Program-made: the position numbers and the translations under genes | Shown here: in pieces, positions 38,250 through 49,139 of the stretch | Numbering within the stretch: position 1 is the stretch's first letter | Layout: each line of letters starts with the position of its first letter | Notes under the pieces: model-generated | The model's database searches: none | What the model was told of the DNA's origin: nothing | What the model saw: the letters and a program-made list of their open reading frames with translations, nothing else | DNA from: Squalus acanthias | Lineage: Eukaryota | Reading direction: 5' to 3' | Assembly (NCBI GenBank): GCA_030390025.1 | Contig: CM059431.1 | Span: 138,138,001 to 138,202,000, forward strand | Length of the DNA stretch: 64,000 nucleotides

Positions 38250-41200
38250 CCCTCCTACGTCTCATCTCTAATTATCAATATACAGCTAGTCCTATGTAAC
38301 TTGAGATTCTTGTATCCATTCGCCTGCGTACTTTGCCTGCCGCTCTGGAGACAAGCCCATCCCTCCGGGGATCCAGGAGGTAATATTGCAGGAGCCTCAG
38401 TCCCTGCACTTGTCCAATAGATTCGATGTTCTTGCAACCATTGTGGAGAAGTGCGGGGACTGCGGGGAGGACGAGCAAACTGACCACGGCACCGTGGCAC
38501 AGGAAGCCGTTCAAGTGGGAGGAGTAAAATTAAAGGTGGTTATAGGAGGTGACAATATAGGTCGGGGATAGACACTGTTCTCTGCAGCCAGGAGCGTGAG
38601 TCCCGAAGGCTACCCGGTGCCAGGGTAAAAGATATCTCCTCCGGGCTGCAGAAGAACTTGGAGTGGGAGGGAGAGGATCCAGTTGTCGTGGTCCACGTAG
38701 GTACCAACGACATAGGTAGGACAAAGAAAGTGGTTCTGCTGAGATAGTTTGAGCAGCTAGGGATTAAATTAAAAAGCTGAACCATAAAGGTCATAATCTC
38801 TGGATTATTACCGGAGCCACGAGCATTTCGGCATAGGTTCAATAGGATCAGGGAGATGAATGCGTGGCTCAAGGACTAGTGTGGGAGAAGTGGGTTTCGA
38901 TTCGTGGGGCACTGGCACCAGTACTGAGGAAAGAGAGAGCTGATCCGTTGGGGCCGACTATACCTGAACCATGCTGGGACCAGAGATCTAATGAATCGAA
39001 TAACTAGGGAGGTAGTTAGGGCTTCAAACTAAATACGGGGGAGGCGAGGAGGGTCCCGGTAGTGCGAAATCTAGAATGCTAAAGAGAAAACACAAGGAAG
39101 CAGTGCTGGACAGTGATTGGGGTAAGGATGACCAGATTGTGCCAGGAAGGGACAGAGCGTACAAACAAAAGAGTGCAGTAACAAATAGGTTTCGGGTGAG
39201 AAAAAATGGGAGGGAAATTTGCTACGGCTCTTCGGGGGGGTTTAAACTAATTTGTCAGGGGGATGGGAAAAAGGGCTGTAGTCCACGAGCCAGTGGTGAG
39301 TGTAGGGAGGTACTGAGGAGGATATCAAGGTCGCAGGAATGTACCGGCAGACAGGAAGATGGCTTGAAGTGTGTCTACTTCAATGCAAGGAGCATCCGGA
39401 CTAAGGTAGGAGAACTTGGAGCGTGGATTGGTACTTGGGACTACGATGTGGTGGCCATTACGGAGACATGGTTAGAACAGGGACAGGAATGGTTGTTGGA
39501 AGTTCCGGGGTATAGATGTTTCAGTAAGAGTAGGGAAGTTGGTAAGAAAGGTGGAGGAGTAGCATTGTTAATCAAGGATAGTTTAAAAGCGGCAGAAAGG
39601 CAGTTCGAGGGGGATCTGCCGTCTGAGGTAATATGGGCTGAAGTTAGAAATAGGAAAGGAGCGGTCACGTTGTTAGGAGTTTTCTACAGGCCCCCAAATA
39701 GTAATAAAGATGTGGAGGAAGAAATTGCAAAGCAGATTATGAATAGGTGTGGAGGTCACAGAGTAGTTGTCATGGGTGACTTCAACTTTCCAAATATTGA
39801 TTGGAACCTTTATAGGTCAAACAGTTCGGATGGGATAGTTTTTGCACAGTGTGTGCAGGAGGGTTTCCTGACACAATATGTGGATAGGCCGACAAGAGGT
39901 GGGGCCACGTTGGATTTGGTACTGGGTAATGAACCAGGCCAAGTGTTTGATTTGTATGTGGGAGAGCACTTTGGAGATAGTGACCACAATTCGGTAACTT
40001 TCACTATTGCAATGGAGAGGGATAGGGCCATACAGCAGGGCAGGGTTTATAATTGGGGGAGGGGTAATTATGATGCGATTAGGCAAGAATTAGGGAGTAT
40101 AAGATGGGAACAGAAACTATCAGGCAAAGGCACAAACGAAAAGTTGAGCTTTTTCATGGAGCAATTACTGCGTGTCCTTGATAGGTATGTCCCTGTCAGG
40201 CAGGGAGGAAATGGCCGAGTGAGAGAACCATGGTTCACAAAAGAGGTTGAATGTCTAGTCAAGAGGAAAAAGGAAGTGTATGTAAGGATGAGAAAACAAG
40301 GTTCAGTTGGGTCGATTGAGGGGTACAAGGTAGCAAGGAATGAGCTAAAAAAAGAGCTTAGGAGAGCTAGGAGGGGGCATGAGAAGTCCTTGGCGGGTCG
40401 GATCAAGAAAAACCCCAAGGCTTTTTACTCTTATGTGAGAAATAAAAGAATGACCAGGGTGAGGGTAGGGCCGGTCAAGGACAGTAGTGGGAACTTGTGC
40501 ATGGAGTCAGAAGAGATAGGAGAGGTGATGAATGAATACTTTTCGTCAGTGTTCACCGAGGAGAGGGGCCATGTTCTTGAAAGAACCTGAGGGTCGATAA
40601 GTCCCCTGGGCCAGATGGGATATATCCTAGGATTCTTTGGGAGGCAAGGGAGGAGATTGCAGAGCCTCTGGCTTTGATCTTTGGGTCCTCACTGTCCACG
40701 GGGATGGTGCCAGAGGACTGGAGAGTGGCGAATGTTGTTCCTCTCTTCAAGAAAGGAAATAGGAATGACCCTGGTAATTATAGGCCGGTTAGTCTTACTT
40801 CGGTGGTTGGTAAGATAATGGAAAAGGTCCTGAGGGATAGGATTTATGACCATTTGGAAAGGGGCAACTTAATCAGGGATAGTCAACACGGATTCGTGAA
40901 GGGTAAGTCTTGCCTAACAAATTTGATTGAATTCTTTGAGGAGGTAACTAACTGTGTAGATGAAGGTAGAGCAGTTGATGTCGTATACATGGATTTTAGT
41001 AAGGCGTTTGATAAGGTTCCCCATGGTCGGCTCATGAAGAAAGTAAGGAGTTGTGGGATAGAGGGAAATTTGGCCGATTGGATAAGTAACTGGCTATCTC
41101 ATAGAAGGCAGAGGGTGGTGGTGGATGGAACATTTTCGGACTGGAGACCAGTTACCAGCGGTGTGCCACAGGGGTCGGTGCTGGGTCTTCTGCTGTTTGT

Positions 41201-42085
41201 GATTTTTATCAATGACTTGGAGGAGGGGACTGAAGGGTGGATCAGTAAATTTGCTGTAACTGGTAGAATAGATAAGGGAGAACCAGTGGATGTGGTGTAT
41301 TTGGATTTTCAGAAGGCCTTTGATAAAGTACCACTTAAGAGGTTAGTGTGCAAAATTAAAGCACATGGGATTGGGTGTAATATACTGGCATGGATTGAAA
41401 TTTGGTTAACAGACAGGAAAGAGAGAGTAGGAATAAAGGGATACTTTTCGGGGTGGCAGGCGCTGACTAGTGGGGTACCGCAGGGATCAGTGCTTAGGCC
41501 CCAACTATTCACAATATATATCAATGATTTGGATGAGGGAACCAATATTAATATATCCAATTTTGATGACGACACGAAACTAGGTGGGATTGTGAGTTGT
41601 GAGGAGGATGCAAAGAGGCTTCAAAGCGATTTGGACAAGTTGAGTGAGTGGACAAATACATGGCAGATGCAGTAAAACGTGGATAAATGCAAAGTTATCC
41701 ACTTCAGTAGGAAACACAGAAAGGTCGAGTATTATTTAAATGATGATAGATTGGGAAATGTTGATGTACACAGACCCCTGGGTGTCCTCCTACACCCGTC
41801 ATTGAAAGAAAACATGGATGTGCAGCAAGCAGTTAGGAAGGCAAATGGTATGTTGGCCTTCATTGCAAGAGGATTTAAGTACAGGAGCAAGGATGTCTTA
41901 CTACATTTATACAGGGCCTTGGTGAGACCACACCTGGAGTACTGTGTGCAGTTTTGGTCTCCCTACATAAGAAAATATATGCTTGCCATAGAGGGAGTGC
42001 AGTGAAGGTTAACCAGACTGATTCCTGGGAAGGCAGGATTGCGTATGAGGAGAGATTGGGTCGACTAGGCCTGTATTCACTACAG
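38250..42085 (+). mobile_element. Composite CR1 array: ORF1 esterase remnant, APE endonuclease and RT from several subfamilies
   Basis: LSNRFDVL, VVIGGD and VVVHVGTNDIG (SGNH-esterase ORF1); CVYFNARSI, AITETW, MGDFNFP and SDHNSV (APE); RT motif YxDFxKAFDKV...GVPQGSVL present twice in ORF 40674-41675. Confidence 0.93.
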
Positions 42086-42229
42086 NNNNNNNNNNNNNNN
42101 NNNNNNNNNNNNNNNNNNNNNNNNNNNNNNNNNNNNNNNNNNNNNNNNNNNNNNNNNNNNNNNNNNNNNNNNNNNNNNNNNNNNNNNNNNNNNNNNNNNN
42201 NNNNNNNNNNNNNNNNNNNNNNNNNNNNN
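42086..42229. other. Assembly gap (144 N)
   Basis: Run of n. Confidence 1.
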
Positions 42230-43320
42230 CCGTCCCCTCTCTCAGACTGAACCGTCCCCTCTCTCAGACTGAACCGTCCCCTCTCTCAGACTGAACCGTC
42301 CCCTCTCTCAGACTGAACCGTCCCCTCTCTCAGACTGAACCGTCCCCTCTCTCAGACTGAACCGTCCCCTCTCTCAGACTGAACCGTCCCCTCTCTCAGA
42401 CTGAACCGTCCCCTCTCTCAGACTGCACCGTCCCCTCTCTCAGACTGCACCGTCCCCTCGCTCAGACTGCACCGTCCCCTCTCTCAGACTGCACCGTCCC
42501 CTCTCTCAGACTGCACCGTCCCCTCTCTCAGACTGCACCGTCCCCTCTCTCAGACTGCACCGTCCCCTCTCTCAGACTGCACCGTCCCCTCTCTCAGACT
42601 GCACCGTCCCCTCTCTCAGACTGAACCGCCCCCTCTCTCAGACTGAACCGCCCCCTCTCTCAGACTGAACCATCCCCTTTCTGAGACTGAACCGCCCCTC
42701 TCTCCGACTGAACAGCCCCTCTCTCAGACCATGCCGCCCCCTCTCTCAGACTGAAGCGTCCCCTCTCTCAGACTGAACCCCCACCCATGTCTGGGACTGA
42801 ACCCCCCCCTGTCTGGGACTGATCCCCCCCCCCCCTAGTTGGGACTGACCCCCCCCACCCCGTCTGGGACTGAGCCCCACACCCCGTCTGGGTCTAACCC
42901 CTCTCCCCCCTGTCTGGGTCTGACCCCACCCCCCCCCCCGTCTGGGACTCACCCCCCCCGTCTGGTACTGACCCCCCCCCTGTCTGGGACAGATCCCCCC
43001 CCCCGCTCTGTCTGGAACTGAAACCCCCCCCCACCCCCGTCTGTGACGGAACCCCCCCATGTATGGGACAGATCCCCCACCCTCTGTCTGGTACTGAACC
43101 CCCCCCCCTGTCTGGGACAGATCCCCCCCCTCTGTCTGGGACTGACCCCCCCCTGTCTGGGACTGACCCCCCCGCCCCCTGTCTGGTACTGAACCCCCAC
43201 CCCCTTGTATGGGACTAAACACCCCGCCCCTTGTCTGGGACTACATCCCCTCCCCCCCGTCTGGGACTACATCCCCCCCCCCCTTGTCTGGGACTACACC
43301 CCCCCCCCCCCCGGGACTGA
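42230..43320 (+). repeat. 22-bp minisatellite grading into a C-run-rich variant array
   Basis: (ccgtcccctctctcagactg(a/c)a)n to about 42780, then (C)n-tgtctgggactga units. Confidence 0.95.
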
Positions 43321-43734
43321 AGTGCCCCCTTTCTCTATTCATGTCTTAGAACAACATTACAAATTTATATAGCTCCTTCAATGTAGTAAAACTTAAGGAG
43401 TTCCTTTACAGGGGCATAATTTGAAAAGACCTTGACACCGAGTCACCTAAGGAGATATTAGGACAGGTGACCAATGAGGTAGGTTGTAAAGACAGTGTTA
43501 AATATTTTTATTCAAAAACAATAATACCTGTACAACTCATCAATTACATAGTAAATCCATTACATAGTAAATCCATTACATTCATCCATCACAGTAAAAA
43601 ATAAAGCCTTAAAAACAGCCTTATAGTTAATATAAATGCAATGATTAATTTTACAAATAATCAATAATGTTTACAGTACAAATACCCTTAAACAATTCCA
43701 CACAACTTTAGATTGAAAATAATAAATCTCAAAG

Positions 43735-44990
43735 TTAACTCCACATAAAACAAAAACTATTTCAACACCAGTGTTCAAACACATAGCACCATCATAATCC
43801 AATTAAATGCTACAAATAACATTTATTCCAATAAACCAAGAAAAAACCCATTTTACGCCAGTCCTACTGGCATTGTTCGTTCGATCATTCGATCATTCAT
43901 TCAATTGTTCGTTCGTTCATTCAAGCGTTCGTTCATTCGTTCGATCGAGCGTAAGTTCCATTATGTATGTCTGAATGCGTGCGTGCGTATCAGTTGTCTA
44001 AGTGCGCGCCTGCGTGCGTTCGCTCGAATCGTTTGTCTGATCGTTCGCCACGCGATCATTCGTTCGATCGAGTGTAAGTTCCAATGTGCATGCTTGCGTT
44101 CGCTCGAATCGTTCGTTCGACCACTACCTCCCAAGAGGTCGTTCGTTCAATCGAGTGTAAGTTCCATTATGTATGTCTGAATGCGTGCGTAGAATAGTCT
44201 AAGTGCGCGCCTGCGTGCGTTCGCTCGAATCGTTCGTCCTATCACTGCACAAGTGATCATTCGTTCAATCAAGTGTAAGTTCCAATATGCATGAATGCGT
44301 TCGTTCGAATTGTTCATCCGTTCGTTCACTCGAGCGTCCATTCGTTCAATAATTTACCAATATTATCCACATAAAACAAACCATTTCAACACCAGTATAC
44401 AAACACACAGCACCATCATAATCCAACCAAATGCCACAGATAACATCCATTCCAATAAACCAAGAAAACCTGGTTTACGCAAGTCCTACTGGCATTGTTC
44501 GTTCGATCATTCGATCATTCATTCAATTGTTCGTTCGTTCATTCAAGCGTTAGTTCGTTCGAGCGTAAATTCCATTATGTATGTCTGAATGCGTGCGTGC
44601 ATAGCCTAGTCTAAGTGCGCGCCTGCGTGCGTTCGCTCGAATCGTTCGTCCTATCACTACACAAGTGATCATTCATTCGATCAAGTGTAAGTTCCAATAT
44701 GCATGAATGCGTTCGTTTGAATCGTTCATCCTTTCGTTCACTCGAGCGTCCGTTCGTTCAATAAATTACCAATATTAATTTACTTTATCTTTTCAGCCAC
44801 ACCAACACTAGACAATAACCTCAAAATAAGCTCCTGCATAACCACCAATACATCACCATGTGCAAATTCCCCAGTCCTTATCAGAAAATCAATTAAGATT
44901 CAAGTAAACTGGTTTCAAACAGAAAAACTGAAACGTTCCCAACAAAACAATTAAATACCAGTTCTACGCCAGTCCTATTGGCAATCCATT
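43735..44990 (+). repeat. Composite CpG-rich repeat with an approximately 630-bp tandem duplication and TTCG/TGCG microrepeats
   Basis: ccacataaaacaaa...tacgc(c/a)agtcctactggcattgttcgttcgatc occurs at about 43741 and 44367. The inner unit tccattatgtatgtctgaatgcgtgcgt occurs three times. Confidence 0.85.
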
Positions 44991-45749
44991 AATGAATATC
45001 ATTTGATGTTGTCGAACCATGTAAAGTCATAGTCCTTGTCCACAGTCTTCAGCCCTTCCACGGAAAAAGAAGCCATCCACTTCCTGAAATCCCGTAAAGA
45101 GACCGAACACTCAAATCTTCTTCTGCATGCTGTTATCGCTCACAGGACCCAACCATCAAAGAATACTCATCATTCCTTACTGATATTACTTTGCTCTCTC
45201 TTTTAATTTCCTTTTATTTTCCGTCTTTTAACCATTCACATTTTCCATCTTGTAACTGCTCACGCGCCCCATTACAGATGGAAACAGTTTGTCTTTCCTT
45301 CACCAATATGGCGACGCATAAACCGGTCCCATGACCAAGAAAAAGCCTTACAGCTGTCGCCAGACAGAGCACATGCTGAGCCGCTGGAACTCATTCAGGC
45401 CCGAAACCATTCTGCAACTTTCAGAACCAGTGCAGCAATGCTCACCAACCGCATCTCCCGACTCCACCTCTGCCGACCAGCCGCCCCGCCCTAGGCCCCC
45501 CGCCTGGGGTTCTCCGTGCTGGGCCTCCCGGCCAGGCCACTCTCCTCCGGGTCTTCCACCTTGGGCCTTCTGCACCGGGCCCTCCGCACCGGCATTCCCC
45601 GCAAGCAGCCGGGGTGTGGCGCTCACCCGTTCACACAGCACCGAGTTGAGCTGAGAATCTTGCAGCCTGGGCCTGGATTTTGTCCTTGGGGCGGGCAGGG
45701 GTTGTCTCAGCCACCGTGAGGCGGTTTAACGGCCGCCCTAACTTTGTTC

Positions 45750-45979
45750 ATAATTAAACGAGTTGTCTAACCGGTTCGATTAGTATTTTGAAACAGCAGC
45801 TTTCAATCAGAGGGCGGAGATTGTCTCAAATCTCAAATAACAAGGATCAGCTCCAATTACCAAACTGTGATTGGCAGGAAGAAAACCAGGAACAGCCTCT
45901 TGATTGGTGGCAATGAGTTTATAAAGACAGAACTGGCAGGCTGCACACGGAAAGGGAGAATCTGCGGTTCCAGGTAAGG
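45750..45979 (+). promoter_or_regulatory. Putative promoter and short non-coding first exon (module A)
   Basis: GC box GGGCGG 45812, CCAAT/ATTGG at 45853, 45870 and 45903, TATAAAG 45920, donor CAG|GTAAGG at 45974. A GC/CpG-rich stretch lies upstream (45300-45750). Confidence 0.55.
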
Positions 45980-45990
45980 TTGATGAAGTT

Positions 45991-46862
45991 TGCAGCCTGT
46001 GTCCAGTGTCTAACTTTAATCTCCCTGTTTAAAGCCGCTGTCTCCCGGTGCAGCCTGTGTCCAGTGTCTAACTTTAATCTCCCTGTTTAAAGCCGCTGTC
46101 TCCCGGTGCAGCCTGTGTCCAGGGTCCAACTTTAATCTCCCTGTTTAAAGCCGCTGTCTCCCGGTGCAGCCTGTGTCCAGGGTCCAACTTTAATCTCAGC
46201 AGGCCAGGCAACATCCGTGGAGAGAGAAAGAGAGTTAACGTTTCAGGTCGAAACCCTTCGTCGGAACTGAGAGCAAGAAATAAACAGATAAAAATGCAAG
46301 AGGGAGGCTGGGGGAGGAATAAAAGAACAAAAGGGATGGTCTTTAGTGAGTAGAGACATTGAGAGATGCTCAAGCCAAGACGAGATGGTATCAAACACGA
46401 GAAGGGAAACTGAAAGCAATGACGATGAACAAGGTTGAAGAGCCAAACGGAAATCCTGTCGAAGAGAAGAGCAGAACTTCTTCAAGGTAGGCATTCCTAG
46501 AAGAGAGGTGGCAGTGAACCAAACACTAATACGATAGCAAAATACTGCGGATGCTGGAAATCCGAAATAACAACAGAAAACGCTGGAAAAACTCAGCAGG
46601 CCAGGCAGCATCCGTGGAGAGAGAAAGAGTTAACGTTTCAGGTCGAAACCCTTCGTCGGAACTGAGAGAGCAAGAAATAAACAGATAAAAATGCTGGGGG
46701 GAGGAATAATCCAGCGTTTTCTGTTATTTCGGATTTCCAGCATCCGCAGTATTTTGCTATCGTTCTAACTTTAATCTCCCTGTTTAAAGCCGCTGTCTCC
46801 CGGTGCAGCCTGTGTCCAGTGTCTAACTTTAATCTCCCTGTTTAAAGCCGGTGTCTCCCGGG
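45991..46862 (+). repeat. 58-bp tandem repeat (about 5 copies) interrupted by a Penelope-derived insertion
   Basis: Unit tgcagcctgtgtccagtgtctaactttaatctccctgtttaaagccgctgtctcccgg at 45991, 46049, 46107 and 46165; resumes at about 46764. Confidence 0.92.
46198..46763 (-). mobile_element. Penelope-like pseudo-LTR insertion (two direct copies plus an inverted fragment) with two hammerhead motifs
   Basis: Direct repeat at about 46195-46300 and 46592-46694; 46711-46763 is the reverse complement of 46530-46586. Flanked by aactttaatctc (46186 and 46767). Same terminal sequence as the GIY-YIG fragment at 25490. Confidence 0.8.
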
Positions 46863-47299
46863 TAAATGATGTTCCCCGGGCCCTCTCCCCCCGGCTCTAG
46901 CCATTCTCTCAGTGTGCGCTCGGACAGTGACCGAGGGCAGAGGCTTTGTTTAACAGCGAGGGTCCCGGGGACCAGCCCGCTCCTGTTCTACACCGTCCTT
47001 CTCAATCTAAAGAGTGATGGAGTGAGATGAATCAGAGTGTTAACCCATCCTCGGCAGCTGAGCCTGCGGCGGGCCCTGGACCCCTCTTCCTCTCTGAGGA
47101 TCTTCACCACCTCACACACTGTTCACACACTGCGTCTTTTGGGGACGCTCTCAGTTTTGAAGGTGAAGGGGACCAGGTTGAGGAACTCTGGCGCTCGCCA
47201 CCCACACAGTGTAGCCGCGCCCATCCCATCACTCGGTCCTCAGCACCTCCGCTCATGAAAGCGCTCTCAGGTGTTTGGCTCAATCTCCAAACATCAGGC

Positions 47300-47702
47300 G
47301 ATCGGTGGGACTTTCCACAATGTCCCAGATGGAAATTGGAACAATTGGTGTCTAACGTTGGGTCTGTTTTGCTGCACTGACTGAACAGGAAGTGATAAAG
47401 AAATGTTTCTAACTCACTTTATCCACAGTTATGGGCGAGAACTTGCCAAACCGGCTCGATTGGTTTTTACCAGAAACTCCGCTCCTCCTTTCTAAAAATA
47501 GAAATTCTTCAGATGCGAATCAATCTCCGAGCAGAAAGCAGCTTTTCACCAGAGGGTGAAACTCGGGCCCAAATCTCCACAACAAGGATCAGCTCAAATG
47601 ATCAAACTGTGAGTCGCTCCGTGAAAACCAGCCATTGGCTGCAGTGACTCTCCACAGACGGAGCTTGCAGAGAGACGGAGAATCCCGGGGACCAAGGTAA
47701 TG
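47300..47702 (+). promoter_or_regulatory. Putative promoter and first exon (module B, paralog of A) with NF-kB and ETS sites
   Basis: GGGACTTTCC 47307-47316 and ACAGGAAGTG 47385-47394 overlapping TGATAA. Shares aacaaggatcagctc...caaactgtga with module A. Donor AAG|GTAATG at 47697. Confidence 0.5.
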
Positions 47703-47919
47703 TGAATGGAGCTCTGAACCTGTATTCTGTCTCACTCGGCATTGATTCTTTACTCTACCCGTTTAAAGCCGGGCTCTCCCGTGGAGATTCTGTTCCACGG
47801 GCCGCTGTGGCCAATCCATTCCCGGGCGGCTATCACCATTCTCTGTGTCCGCTCGGACAGTGACCGAGGGCGGTCTGTCCAACACTGGGACCCTCGGCTC
47901 AACCTGCTCCCGTTCCCCA

Positions 47920-48425
47920 CAACAACAACTTGTATTTATATAGCACCACTAACATAGTAAAACGTTCCAAGGCGCTTCACAGGACTGTTATAAGACAAAC
48001 AATTTGACAGCGAGCCACATAATGAGTAATTGGGGCAGGTGACCAAAAGCTTGGTCAAAGAGGTAGGTTTTAAGGAGAGTCTTGAAGGAGGAAAGAGAGG
48101 CGGAGAGGGTTAGGTATGGAGTTCCGGAGCTTAGGGCCGAGGCAGCTGAAGGCACTGTCGCCGATGGTTGAGCGATTATAATCAGGGATGCTCAAAGGGG
48201 CAGAATTTGAAGAGTCCATATATATGTGTGTGTGTGGGGGGTGGGGGGACTGAAGGAGATTACAGAGATAGGGAGGGACGAGGCCATAGAGGCGAATTTT
48301 GAAATCCAAGCCTTTGCTTAACGGGAGCCAATGTAGATCAGCGAGCCCAGGGGTGATGGCTGAATGGGACTTGGTGCGACTTAGGACATGGGCAGCCGAG
48401 TTTTGGATGACCAGTTTACTCCACC
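47920..48425 (-). mobile_element. L2 LINE 3' fragment
   Basis: FKI...PPYLCNLLQ...AFSCLGPKLRNSIP, and tail acttgtatttatatagc. Confidence 0.75.
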
Positions 48426-49139
48426 ATCCCTCTCATTGTTCAGAGGGGTCGAGCGAGAGTGACCAGGAACACGGGCTCCACAGTGTCTGCCAATCCTAGG
48501 CTGGTCAGGTAGACAGTGGTGGGATTGTGTAAGTAGTTTAATGTAACACAATGTGGGACAATACACTCTGGATTGAAGGTTACAGACTGGAATACAGCGT
48601 GAATATGGAATGACTGGGAGAGGGTCACACGGAGTTCACTCTAGATACAGAAATCACTAAACCTTGGATTCCAGCTCTAAACAATACTCGAGGTCACTGC
48701 AGTTGTTCAGTGAGCTGGAACTCGGTGTGTTGAGCTTGGGACGCCTGTCCCAGGAAGGACAGATTGGCTCTGGAGGGAGTCCGGCTGGAATTGTTCAGGT
48801 TGAGAGCTGAGATGAAGGGACTGAGCTATGATGAGAGACTCGGTTAACTTTAGTTATATTTCCAGGGATAAGTCGGTGGTTTAATTTAATATTCACCCCT
48901 TGTTCTGATTTACCCAGAGTGACAATTCTTCCTCTGTAATATCCTGTCAATTCCCTTCATTGTGATTCTCGAGGGCTGGTACAGAATCTTCACTCTGTTC
49001 GGGCAAACCAGAAAAAGGGGGTGGAATATTAAAATGATAACAAACCCGGTTAAAAGCCGATGAAAAAACGATGTTCCTGTTATTACGGATTCTGAGGCTA
49101 CAGGCCACCCGGTGATACATGACGGATTAATTGTCAGTC

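Noticed and set aside
42746..43222. Gly-rich ORFs
   Set aside because: Translation of C/G-run minisatellite sequence.
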